Of a DNA stretch of 37,879 bases, positions 16,759-25,375 are shown in pieces. The DNA comes from a virus. Lineage: Duplodnaviria > Caudoviricetes. The stretch spans positions 1 through 37,879 of the IMG/VR virus record IMGVR_UViG_3300019877_000005. One strand, written 5' to 3'. Under the pieces are notes generated by a model. The model searched no databases and had not been told where the DNA came from. It saw only the letters and a program-made list of their open reading frames with translations. A program made the position numbers and the translations under genes. The first letter of the stretch is position 1. Each line of letters starts with the position of its first letter.

Positions 16759-17157
16759 ATGGCCGAAGATTGGGAAAATCTCACTTACACTAGGAGTTGG
16801 ATGAAAGAACCTAGGAAAAAACCCGATTGGGTATCCTTTGGTCTAAAGAAAAATGAACAAAATCAACCCGACAAAATGTTTGAAATTGCTCTGCAACCTC
16901 CAGTATGCTACCCTATGGGAAACAAGGCAAACAGAATACCATTAGCCCTAGATCACAAAAAGTATGTAGTCGAACTAAACCAAACTTGGCTTACCTACTG
17001 CAACCTGGGATATAAACTTGATGAAGATATCAAAAATAAAGGGCTAGACTTTGAATTGGAGCGAAAAATAAGACAAGGGTTGACCACACCCACCATAAAT
17101 GAAAAACAAAGCATACAATCGAAAATAAACGACCTTACAGACTTATGGCACAAATGA
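16759..17157 (+). CDS. Hypothetical protein (132 aa)
   Basis: Directly follows the initiator gene. Confidence 0.6.
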   Translation: MAEDWENLTYTRSWMKEPRKKPDWVSFGLKKNEQNQPDKMFEIALQPPVCYPMGNKANRIPLALDHKKYVVELNQTWLTYCNLGYKLDEDIKNKGLDFELERKIRQGLTTPTINEKQSIQSKINDLTDLWHK

Positions 17158-17185
17158 CTATAACCCACTATAACTTGATATAACT

Positions 17186-17545
17186 ATGCGACTCATCACA
17201 TCTACAGTCATCCCCATTCGTCTAGTCAGCGAAGCTAACAACCATGACCATTGGGCTAAGAAATACTCCAGACAAAAGAAACTACAACAACGCATCAAAT
17301 TAGAATGGTTACACCTTCGACCGGATATCAAACTACCATGCGAAATTCACCTAATCCGCCACGGCCTTAAAAATCTCGATGATGACAACCTAGTCCATTG
17401 TTTCAAGGGAATTCGCGACACTCTTGCTAGCTGCATCACACCAGGATTAGCCCCAGGACAAGCCGATTCTAACACCCAAATTCAATGGATATACTCACAA
17501 AAAATCTCTAAAACCTACGGATTACAAATAGATATTTATGCGTAA
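17186..17545 (+). CDS. RusA-like Holliday junction resolvase
   Basis: LPCEIHLIR...LDDDNL...KGIRD acidic motif. Confidence 0.7.
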   Translation: MRLITSTVIPIRLVSEANNHDHWAKKYSRQKKLQQRIKLEWLHLRPDIKLPCEIHLIRHGLKNLDDDNLVHCFKGIRDTLASCITPGLAPGQADSNTQIQWIYSQKISKTYGLQIDIYA

Positions 17546-17546
17546 T

Positions 17547-17693
17547 TCACTTGTTCTCATACTTCTCTACTATGATAATGCACTTCTCAATACAAATCAT
17601 ACCAACATAATTTAAATGCTGACTGAAAAATAAACAAATATTACTAAAACTTGAAAGAAAACGAACTATCCAGAAATCAAAAAATTCCCTCAT
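17547..17693 (-). CDS. Hypothetical protein (48 aa)
   Basis: Hand translation; ATGA coupling. Confidence 0.35.
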   Translation of the reverse strand: MREFFDFWIVRFLSSFSNICLFFSQHLNYVGMICIEKCIIIVEKYENK

Positions 17694-17863
17694 TCTTCCT
17701 CACCAAATAACTCACTCATCTTCCTAACATGCGCCTCCCACAATTCCTTTCCCTTCATCCCTCTAGTATGCTTACCCGTTGCCATCTCCTCGATCTTCTC
17801 CTGCATTTCCCTTTTCCCTTTCTCTTCCACTGTCATGTCAAATAAATCTAATTGAATATTCAT
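17690..17863 (-). CDS. Hypothetical protein (57 aa) with N-terminal QLDLF motif
   Basis: Hand translation MNIQLDLFDMTVEEK...; GAGGT RBS; ATGA coupling. Confidence 0.6.
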   Translation of the reverse strand: MNIQLDLFDMTVEEKGKREMQEKIEEMATGKHTRGMKGKELWEAHVRKMSELFGEEE

Positions 17864-18168
17864 AATAACCTCTCTACTTTAAGAAGCCTCTTCTCTAAAT
17901 CCAAAATATACTCATTAGAACAGCGATTCATAAGCATTTTTTCCATAGCATCCATCCTTTCCTCTATCGTCATCATCTTCTCAATCTTCGGCGCATCCGG
18001 GATAAACACATAACACCAATAACATTCACCTTCCCATGCAAACTCTTCTTCCATTCCAACATAAACTTCACCACCTTCTTCAGGAAAAAACGCATAAATA
18101 TACTTATCTTCTGCAGGTTTCACATCTTTATAGTTATTCCATGTGAATTGTCCAAACTTTTCGTTCAT
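17860..18168 (-). CDS. Hypothetical protein, DUF551-like
   Basis: WNNYKDVKP...YWCY..IPDAP pattern. Confidence 0.6.
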   Translation of the reverse strand: MNEKFGQFTWNNYKDVKPAEDKYIYAFFPEEGGEVYVGMEEEFAWEGECYWCYVFIPDAPKIEKMMTIEERMDAMEKMLMNRCSNEYILDLEKRLLKVERLL

Positions 18169-18419
18169 TTATTATCCTTTGTTATCTTAAATTCTTGAAG
18201 ATGCTTTATTAACAATTTCACATCCTGATATTTTATTTTGAAGTTAGTCATTAAACTTTCTGGCCGTGGCCTAAACGTTACTTCTAAAACATCTGGTTCA
18301 CACTCTTCACAAATATGCCACCAATCAGGAGTGAAATTCTTTCTTAACCTAGCAGGATTAGTGCACTTTTTACATATTTCACAATAATGTGCCCCACATC
18401 TAATCTTTTCAGTTGTCAT
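18165..18419 (-). CDS. Cys-rich hypothetical protein
   Basis: CEICKKC...ICEEC. Confidence 0.6.
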   Translation of the reverse strand: MTTEKIRCGAHYCEICKKCTNPARLRKNFTPDWWHICEECEPDVLEVTFRPRPESLMTNFKIKYQDVKLLIKHLQEFKITKDNK

Positions 18420-18600
18420 CTTTTAGAACTCTATTAATAAGATTAGCATCCAATTCTCTGAATTTTCTTTTTAGAATAACTATAGCTTTAACATCTTTTT
18501 CCATAGGTCTTTGTCCTAAACCTTTCCTCGCAAATATTTCAGCACGTGTACATATTCTTTCTAGAAACTCTCTTTCTTCTTCAGTGATGTCAATAATCAT
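18409..18600 (-). CDS. Hypothetical protein (63 aa)
   Basis: AAGGAG RBS. Confidence 0.6.
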   Translation of the reverse strand: MIIDITEEEREFLERICTRAEIFARKGLGQRPMEKDVKAIVILKRKFRELDANLINRVLKDDN

Positions 18601-18750
18601 TCCAACTCTCCTTTTTATCCGGATAGTTCAGTTATCCTGTTTTTCCGGATAACCAAATCCGAATATGTAACAAAAATATCCTCATATTCCAATTGTCTTG
18701 AATAACTCGCGCATTCTAGCATCGCTATTTTAATCGTTCATCACAAAAAT

Positions 18751-18897
18751 TTATTTGACATCATCAGGCTCTAAATACATATTCACAAGATCAACTATAA
18801 TCTCTTGTATGCTAATGTCTAACTCCACGCTTGCTAACTTCAACTTCTTGTGAAGCTCCAAAGGCAGCCTCACTGCTAATATCTTCGTATCGTCCAT
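18751..18897 (-). CDS. Ribbon-helix-helix DNA-binding protein (48 aa)
   Basis: Hand translation MDDTKILAVRLPLELHKKLKLASVELDISIQEIIVDLVNMYL; TAATG coupling. Confidence 0.75.
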   Translation of the reverse strand: MDDTKILAVRLPLELHKKLKLASVELDISIQEIIVDLVNMYLEPDDVK

Positions 18898-19112
18898 TAC
18901 TTCCTCTCCTTCAGCAGGTCAACAAACATCTTATACAATTGATCTATCCTCACCGCATGACCGTCCAAACGATTACCTAATTTGTCCACAGATTGAGCTA
19001 TACCCTTAACATCATTATCTAGCTTAGTAACTACCCACACTAACAACGCAGCTAATGCGCCTATCAACGCTATATTTACTCCCAAAATCGTATATACTTG
19101 ATTCCATTCCAT
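18897..19112 (-). CDS. Single-TM plus coiled-coil protein (MEWNQ...)
   Basis: N-terminal hydrophobic helix followed by a heptad region; AAGGAG RBS. Confidence 0.75.
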   Translation of the reverse strand: MEWNQVYTILGVNIALIGALAALLVWVVTKLDNDVKGIAQSVDKLGNRLDGHAVRIDQLYKMFVDLLKERK

Positions 19113-19146
19113 CGCTAGATCTCCTTAAATTTGCTTTGATAACAAC

Positions 19147-19180
19147 AATATAGCAAATAAGCAACTTATCTTGCAAGCAA
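19147..19180 (-). promoter_or_regulatory. Putative promoter with AGCAA repeats (candidate RHH operator)
   Basis: TTGCAA-18 nt-TATATT on the minus strand; AGCAA at 19152, 19160 and 19176. Confidence 0.45.
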
Positions 19181-19266
19181 AATTAATAAAAAGAAAATAC
19201 TTTACAAAAATAATACAAACTACAACAGTAGTATCATATCATTAAAAAAAATAGTACTTGTAAATT

Positions 19267-19683
19267 ATGGCAAGACCTTTAAAGGAAATCAACTGGGATT
19301 ATGTCGAAAGATTGGTTATGGCTGGGTGTAAAGCAGTTGAAATATATCCAGAATTAGGAATAAATGAAAATACTTTTTACTATAGGTTTAAAGATTATTT
19401 CGGCGAAAGTTTTCAAGATTATCACGGCAAATTGCACAGTATAGGTCATGGAAAAATTAGACTTACTCAGTTCGAAAAAGCCTTAGATGGTAATTCTCAA
19501 ATGCTTATGCTTCTAGGCGAAGAATGGTTAGGTCAAAGAAAACAATCAGAGCAAACCCCTCCAAAAGATTCTCAAGTTGATAATGAAAACATCGAGATGG
19601 ATGAAAAACACAAGTTAAGACAGCGCATAGCAGAACTAGAGGAAGAACTTGATAACAAGTCCGAAACAGGATCAGAGCTATAG
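19267..19683 (+). CDS. terS: Terminase small subunit (putative)
   Basis: MARP start, HTH, ALDGNSQMLMLLGEEWLGQ motif; precedes terL. Confidence 0.75.
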   Translation: MARPLKEINWDYVERLVMAGCKAVEIYPELGINENTFYYRFKDYFGESFQDYHGKLHSIGHGKIRLTQFEKALDGNSQMLMLLGEEWLGQRKQSEQTPPKDSQVDNENIEMDEKHKLRQRIAELEEELDNKSETGSEL

Positions 19684-20932
19684 TGAAGCTACCCACCGCT
19701 TCAACATATGGGTAGGCGCTGTAAGATCAGGTAAAACATTCTCAAGCATACGTAAATTCTTAAACAGGCTTAAGCATGGTGTGCCAGGTGATGCCATGAT
19801 CATAGGAGTCAACCGTGGAACAATTCATCGAAATGTACTTACGCATATGTATAATACTTTGGGTTTTCCTTGCCCTAGTCCGATGTCGAATAAGACAAGC
19901 CTTTACGGTCGTAACCTATATTTTGTTGGGGCACCTGATGTTAGCGCTGTCACAACCATACAGGGAAGTACATTGGCATACGCTTATGTCGATGAGGCCA
20001 CTTGCATTCCTGAACCTTTTTGGAAGATGCTTGAAACGCGCTTAAGCGTTCCGGGCGCTCAGCTCTTTGCCACATGTAACCCGGAAGGCCCAGCACATTG
20101 GCTTAAGAAAGAATATCTAGACCGTCCAGATATCCACGATCTAATTTCATGGCAGTTTAATCTAGATGATAACCCCATATTAGATGATGCATATAAAAAA
20201 GCTATCAAAGCATCATTTAACGGTATGTGGCATAAGCGCTATATCTTAGGGGAATGGGCTCTAGCAACTGGAGCTATATACGACACATATGATCATGACA
20301 ATGAATACCATCTTGATTACCCTAACCCAAATTATTACATCGTTGGGATTGATTACGGTACAACCAATGCCACGGCGGCGGTTCTTATTGGCGTTACCCC
20401 GAATCGTTGGCCTCAGTTACATGTTGAGAAAGAATATTACTATGATTCAGTTAAAGTTGGACGGGCCAAAACAGATGCTGAGCTTGTCAAAGATATTAAA
20501 GATTTCATCGGTTATAAAAGCGTATCTGCTATTTACCTCGATCCTTCTGCTGCATCTCTTAAAATTGCACTACAACAAGCAGACTTACCCGTAATTTATG
20601 CTCTTAATGATGTCCTACCAGGGATAAAGACAACTGGTAAATTCATCGCAGGTAAAAATCTAGTTATTCATCGTGGTTGCACTACTCTTCGCGAACACAT
20701 TCAATCCTATGCATGGGATCCTAAAGCAGCAGATCGAGGAGAAGATAAACCCATAAAGAAAAACGACCACATCTTGGATGCGTTACGTTATGCCTGTTAT
20801 AGTGCATTTACTCAAGGAGAATTCAATTCACCCGATGAACAACTAACAATAGATCAATTGAGACGTAAAGTTTATCAAGAAAATGATGGATACGGATTTA
20901 TGAACCCTGCTATGGGTGGAGGATATTTTTAA
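19649..20932 (+). CDS. terL: Terminase large subunit
   Basis: Walker A GAVRSGKT, Walker B YAYVDE, ATCNP, nuclease motifs GIDYG and DHILDALRY. Confidence 0.95.
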   Translation: MITSPKQDQSYSEATHRFNIWVGAVRSGKTFSSIRKFLNRLKHGVPGDAMIIGVNRGTIHRNVLTHMYNTLGFPCPSPMSNKTSLYGRNLYFVGAPDVSAVTTIQGSTLAYAYVDEATCIPEPFWKMLETRLSVPGAQLFATCNPEGPAHWLKKEYLDRPDIHDLISWQFNLDDNPILDDAYKKAIKASFNGMWHKRYILGEWALATGAIYDTYDHDNEYHLDYPNPNYYIVGIDYGTTNATAAVLIGVTPNRWPQLHVEKEYYYDSVKVGRAKTDAELVKDIKDFIGYKSVSAIYLDPSAASLKIALQQADLPVIYALNDVLPGIKTTGKFIAGKNLVIHRGCTTLREHIQSYAWDPKAADRGEDKPIKKNDHILDALRYACYSAFTQGEFNSPDEQLTIDQLRRKVYQENDGYGFMNPAMGGGYF

Positions 20933-20935
20933 AAT

Positions 20936-20974
20936 CTCCGGAAGCAGGGATCGAACCTGCGACAGCTTGATTAA
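20936..20974 (-). pseudogene. 3' half of a tRNA (Asn-like)
   Basis: Minus strand TTAA-TCAAG-CTGTC-GCAGG TTCGATC CCTGC-TTCCGGA-G; intact T arm, no 5' half. Confidence 0.75.
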
Positions 20975-21055
20975 AATTCATCGGAAAAAACAAGAAAAAA
21001 CTGAATTAAAATAATAATATGATATATAGTTAAAATTTAATTATATCGGTGATTC

Positions 21056-23071
21056 ATGGGTTCATATGATAAAGGCGGTTACAACCTAGGTGGGACTAGC
21101 GGTTACATAGATCCGGGCGATTCCTCAGCTAAAAACATAAAGCAGATGAAGGATGATTTCTATCAAAGTAATTACCCCGGTAATAGCGCTTTATGGTCAC
21201 AGGGATCTATAGATAAGCGATTCAAAGTAGGCGATCAAGGTCTTTATAATTGGGCTACAGGAAACAATTTCAATCAAAACTCTTATCGCTACTTCTTCAA
21301 TTTAATTCGTCGCCACATCAATATGATATGTGGTTTTCAAAGAAAAAATCGTAAATCTACTATATCTATTCCCTTACATGATGAAGATGACCCTTTAGCA
21401 GATGATTTCAACATGGTTATGCGCTGGGTTGAAGATAGGGCAGGCTTTCAAGAATATCTTTCAGAAGCTTTTGAGGGTTCATGCGATACAGGTATGACAT
21501 TATTATATATGTATCCAGATTACACCTTAGACCCAATTTCAGGTGATCTTTTTGATGATTGTGTATCATATAACAACTTCTTAATAGATCAATACTTCAG
21601 AAAGCAAGATCTTAGTGATTGTAACGGCATATGGCGTAGACGCTGGACATCTAAACAAATGGCTATGAAGTTATTGCCAGGCTATGCCAGTGAAATAAAG
21701 AAGATGAAACCGGGTGGCATGAAAGATGGTCGCTTCCCAGTTCAAGCGGAGTTGCAGAATATAGCTCTTAACAACCTATTTACATATGATGAATTCCTTT
21801 ACAGAACTACCCGAGAAGCCAACATCATACTAGATCCTAAGTCCGGTGAGGCTGTCGAATGGGAACAGGATGACTCTGACGAAGATGATATGATGGAAAT
21901 GGCTCTTGCACAACAGCCTTGGTTGCAAGTCAAGAAAGTTCAAGTCCCCACAGTCAAGCTTTGCATATCGTTAGGAGACAAAGAGGTCTATGATGGCCCC
22001 AACTTACTTAACATCGATTCTTATCCATGCGTACCTTCTATATGTTATTATGAGCCAGACATCACTAGTTACGCATGGCGATGCATGGGCGTTATCCGTA
22101 ATTTGCGTGATCCTCAATTTTTGTATAACATGCGTAAGGTCATAGAGCTTGAAATACTTCAATCTCAAATAAACTCTGGATGGATATTTCCAATCGATGC
22201 TGTGACAGACGTAAAAGCATTTAGGCAATCAGGTCAAGGCTTCTTAGTTCCTTTAAAAGCAGGACATCTACCAAATGAAGTGCAACGAATTGAGCCTGCT
22301 GCTATACCGCAGAGCTTATTAGAACTATCAGCAAGTTTAAGTGAAGATATAACAAAGATATCAGGTGTTAATGAAGAACTTTTGGGAGCAGCGACAGACG
22401 ATAAATCTGGCATTCTTTCTATGTTGCGTCAAGGCGCAGGGCTTACGACCCTCCAAACTATCTTCGATAAACTTGATTATACTCAACGATTATACGGGAA
22501 AATACGTTTACAAGCCATTCGCAAAAACTTCAGTAAGGGTAAAGTTCGCAATATCCTTGGTCATGATGCAGATGAAAGATTCTGGACAAGCCATAGCCAA
22601 AAATACTCTATATCCGTTGAAGAGGGGAATTATAGCACTTCACAACGCCAGATGGAATTGCAGCAATTGCTTCACTTCAAAGAATTGGGAATGGGCATCG
22701 CAGATAAGTCAATCCTACGCGCGGCATTTATCACGAATAAGCGCGAAGTAATGAAGGATATGGAAGAACAGAATCAGCAACAGCAGCAAGCGCAACAAGC
22801 CCAAGCTCAACAACAAGAAAAGATGGACAACGCCAAGATAATGCAGGCCTTCAGTAAAGCTAAGCTTGATATGGCTAAAGAGAAAGAGTCCTATGCTAAG
22901 ATACACGAACTACATGCTAGTGCCGAGCATAAGGAGATGGAAGCCGATCTAAATCTAGTGAAGCTAGCCATGGAATTAGAGGATGTTCAGTTTAATCAAT
23001 TGCGGGAAGCCTTTGAATTGGCACAAGCAATGAAAATAGCTAACCAACCACAAGAACAGGTTGCACAATAA
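21056..23071 (+). CDS. Portal protein (P22-like, long helical C-terminus)
   Basis: Position after terL; FNLIRRHINMICGFQRKNR and GVIRNLRDPQ motifs; Q-rich coiled tail. Confidence 0.9.
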   Translation: MGSYDKGGYNLGGTSGYIDPGDSSAKNIKQMKDDFYQSNYPGNSALWSQGSIDKRFKVGDQGLYNWATGNNFNQNSYRYFFNLIRRHINMICGFQRKNRKSTISIPLHDEDDPLADDFNMVMRWVEDRAGFQEYLSEAFEGSCDTGMTLLYMYPDYTLDPISGDLFDDCVSYNNFLIDQYFRKQDLSDCNGIWRRRWTSKQMAMKLLPGYASEIKKMKPGGMKDGRFPVQAELQNIALNNLFTYDEFLYRTTREANIILDPKSGEAVEWEQDDSDEDDMMEMALAQQPWLQVKKVQVPTVKLCISLGDKEVYDGPNLLNIDSYPCVPSICYYEPDITSYAWRCMGVIRNLRDPQFLYNMRKVIELEILQSQINSGWIFPIDAVTDVKAFRQSGQGFLVPLKAGHLPNEVQRIEPAAIPQSLLELSASLSEDITKISGVNEELLGAATDDKSGILSMLRQGAGLTTLQTIFDKLDYTQRLYGKIRLQAIRKNFSKGKVRNILGHDADERFWTSHSQKYSISVEEGNYSTSQRQMELQQLLHFKELGMGIADKSILRAAFITNKREVMKDMEEQNQQQQQAQQAQAQQQEKMDNAKIMQAFSKAKLDMAKEKESYAKIHELHASAEHKEMEADLNLVKLAMELEDVQFNQLREAFELAQAMKIANQPQEQVAQ

Positions 23072-23124
23072 ATAAATTGAAAATATATTAAATTTTTAAT
23101 CCGCCTTTTGGCGAAGGAGTAAGT

Positions 23125-23325
23125 ATGGCATATAGCAAAGAATCAAATGCAAAGATGAGTGCAATGGAACAATTCAATAAAGGCCATTGGACAAAAGACC
23201 AAGGCGATACAATGGTAGCCGATGGGAAATATACATCTGGGGAAATGAGCAATCCAGAACACTTGAAAAAGTCTGTTGACATGCTTGCTTCATACACAAA
23301 GAAAAACAAGATGCAGTATCCATAA
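23125..23325 (+). CDS. Hypothetical protein (66 aa)
   Basis: AAGGAG RBS. Confidence 0.7.
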   Translation: MAYSKESNAKMSAMEQFNKGHWTKDQGDTMVADGKYTSGEMSNPEHLKKSVDMLASYTKKNKMQYP

Positions 23326-23330
23326 TATTT

Positions 23331-23410
23331 TTCCCGTTCGTCTAAGCGCAAGGCTTAAAATGCCAGGACGTCACTTAAATGTGGAAATGAGATAAGTAAC
23401 TCACGGGAAT
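23331..23410 (+). ncRNA. tRNA-shaped non-coding element
   Basis: 7-bp acceptor-like stem TTCCCGT/ACGGGAA; TCGTCTA...AGGAC D-arm pattern; short anticodon-like arm; degenerate T arm. Confidence 0.5.
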
Positions 23411-23425
23411 ATTTTAAGAGGAAAT

Positions 23426-23641
23426 ATGAAAAAGAAACATCACGCCCCTGATTATGTCAAAAATGTAGATGCTGACGTAATCATGAAAGGTTGGAGCGAT
23501 GCCGTTCCAAACGAGCATTGGCAGGTTAACGTTGATATTACACCAGCCGGAATTAGAAATGAACCGGCAGGCGCTTTCTTGCCACAAAGCGGCACAACAA
23601 GACCCCAACCACATACTAAATTAAATGATTGTGATCATTAA
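23426..23641 (+). CDS. Hypothetical protein (71 aa)
   Basis: GAGG RBS. Confidence 0.65.
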   Translation: MKKKHHAPDYVKNVDADVIMKGWSDAVPNEHWQVNVDITPAGIRNEPAGAFLPQSGTTRPQPHTKLNDCDH

Positions 23642-23649
23642 AGGATTAT

Positions 23650-23733
23650 ATGAAAAACGACAAGAAGAAAAAGCCTAAAGGAAATGACAACAAGAATGGT
23701 GTTCCACCTATTAAAATCACCAAGGCAACTTAA
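23650..23733 (+). CDS. Small basic peptide (27 aa)
   Basis: AAGGA RBS; hand translation. Confidence 0.35.
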   Translation: MKNDKKKKPKGNDNKNGVPPIKITKAT

Positions 23734-23736
23734 TAC

Positions 23737-24342
23737 ATGACTCGTAAAACAGCTGGCGAACTCTCTCAAAAAGCAGCAGCTGACACCACAAAATATGACG
23801 CTCTTGAAGTAGGTCATGCAATGTCTGATGATATCGGTCTACATTTGCGTCAGGCTATTGAGAATTACAGAGATATTATCAATGAGCCTGAGTTTTGCGT
23901 TGTCATGATCATCGCTAAAGACCCACTTATAGCTAATCTTATTCGTCGTAAGTTCTATTGCTGGCCCTATTTACCTAGCCCAAGACCTAATCAAGCAGTT
24001 TTCCTTTATAACAAAGTAAAAGACTGTATAACGAAAAGACTATGGGTGTTACCTTCAGATATGGTGATGGCTGAACTAGCAGGAACTAATATAATAGTAG
24101 ACAAGCGATACGAAACAATGCAAGCGTGGTCAGTGGCATTCTTTAAAGGTACTTTTTGGGAGTTTATACGACATCAACATGACATCAATATGCCTTCAGA
24201 GCATGAATATTTTCTAGCGCATCGAGAGGAATTGATCAAGGCCGGCGGTAAGATCCCTGATTCTAACCTCACCGATGCCTTTGATTTTAGTAAGATCCAC
24301 GTCAAACAAGTCGTAGATCCTTTGGAACCCGTTTTTAATTAA
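23737..24342 (+). CDS. Hypothetical protein (201 aa)
   Basis: Long ORF between portal and scaffold genes. Confidence 0.75.
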   Translation: MTRKTAGELSQKAAADTTKYDALEVGHAMSDDIGLHLRQAIENYRDIINEPEFCVVMIIAKDPLIANLIRRKFYCWPYLPSPRPNQAVFLYNKVKDCITKRLWVLPSDMVMAELAGTNIIVDKRYETMQAWSVAFFKGTFWEFIRHQHDINMPSEHEYFLAHREELIKAGGKIPDSNLTDAFDFSKIHVKQVVDPLEPVFN

Positions 24343-24492
24343 GATCTTTTCAGTAGTTTTAGGAAGGCATAAACATCCAATGGGAAGATCTCCAGACATA
24401 CAAGCAACAAATTTCCTGTAATTCTGTAGACTTTCAAGAAGTTTCTTGTTAATTTTTCGTACTTCAGACTTCTTTAATTTAACTTCAACCAT
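24214..24492 (-). CDS. RNA polymerase alpha-CTD-like / HhH protein
   Basis: LPIGCLCLPKTTEKILIKNGFQRIYDL...LTKIKGIGEVRIRDL. Confidence 0.7.
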   Translation of the reverse strand: MVEVKLKKSEVRKINKKLLESLQNYRKFVACMSGDLPIGCLCLPKTTEKILIKNGFQRIYDLFDVDLTKIKGIGEVRIRDLTAGLDQFLSMR

Positions 24493-24503
24493 ATGAGGCC
24501 CTT

Positions 24504-25241
24504 ATGAATCCAGTTGCAACAGAAATTAAACCAGAAACTAAAATAGAACAACAACAAAATATACAACAATCGCCGATTCAGGCTAAAGAAGAATCTCCTC
24601 CCATAAAAACAGAAGAAAACCAAGCCAACTGGAAGGCATTTAGGGAACAGCGTGAAACAGAACGTAAAGCAAGAGAAGAAGCAGAAAAACGAGCACAACA
24701 AAAGCAAGAGGAAGCCTCTGCCTTACGCGCAGCACTAGAAGCGATTACAAACAAACCGAATCAGAATCAATTGCAAGATTCCAGTGATATAGAAGATAGT
24801 GAGGAGAAAAGAATTGATAGAAGGGTAAACCAAATCATAGCCGAGAGAGAAGCACAAGCCGAGCAAGCAAGAGAAGAAAGAGATAGAAAAGAAGCACCAC
24901 AAAAAATACTTCAAACTTTCCCCGATTTTCAAAAGGTTGTTACAACTGAAAACTGCGATTATCTAGACTATCATTATCCTGAATTAACAGCACCCTTTAA
25001 GTACATGCCAGATGGGTATGATAAATGGGTTGCTATGTATAACGCTATTAGAAAATTCGTACCAAATAACGATTCAAAAAAAGATATGGCTAAAGCGGAT
25101 AAGAATCTTCAAAAGCCCGGTTCTATTTCAAGTACGGGAACATCAACAGGGACCGGTCAAATGCCTTCAGCGCAATTAACTGAGGAAAGGAAAGCTGCTA
25201 ATTACGCAAGGATGCAAAGAACATTAAAAGGGTTGAGTTAA
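24504..25241 (+). CDS. Putative capsid scaffolding protein
   Basis: Charged coiled coil immediately upstream of the capsid gene. Confidence 0.7.
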   Translation: MNPVATEIKPETKIEQQQNIQQSPIQAKEESPPIKTEENQANWKAFREQRETERKAREEAEKRAQQKQEEASALRAALEAITNKPNQNQLQDSSDIEDSEEKRIDRRVNQIIAEREAQAEQAREERDRKEAPQKILQTFPDFQKVVTTENCDYLDYHYPELTAPFKYMPDGYDKWVAMYNAIRKFVPNNDSKKDMAKADKNLQKPGSISSTGTSTGTGQMPSAQLTEERKAANYARMQRTLKGLS

Positions 25242-25265
25242 ATTATATATTTAAATATACATAAT

Positions 25266-25375
25266 ATCAGCTGATCAGGACGTCGCTAATCCAGGCTGAT
25301 CCATACCTCGCCAGTATGTGCAGATAGGTACTAGCTCGCAACTAGGACATATGAAACATACTGTCGAGGTAAAAA
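25266..25375 (+). promoter_or_regulatory. Structured 5' leader of the capsid gene
   Basis: Three TCGC-loop hairpins; 25304-25319 is complementary (15/16) to 25356-25371, which contains GAGGT. Confidence 0.65.

Noticed and set aside
18612-18665. TATCCGGATA palindrome and related repeats, also at about 11484
   Set aside because: Short and only two dispersed copies, one inside a coding region; chance not excluded
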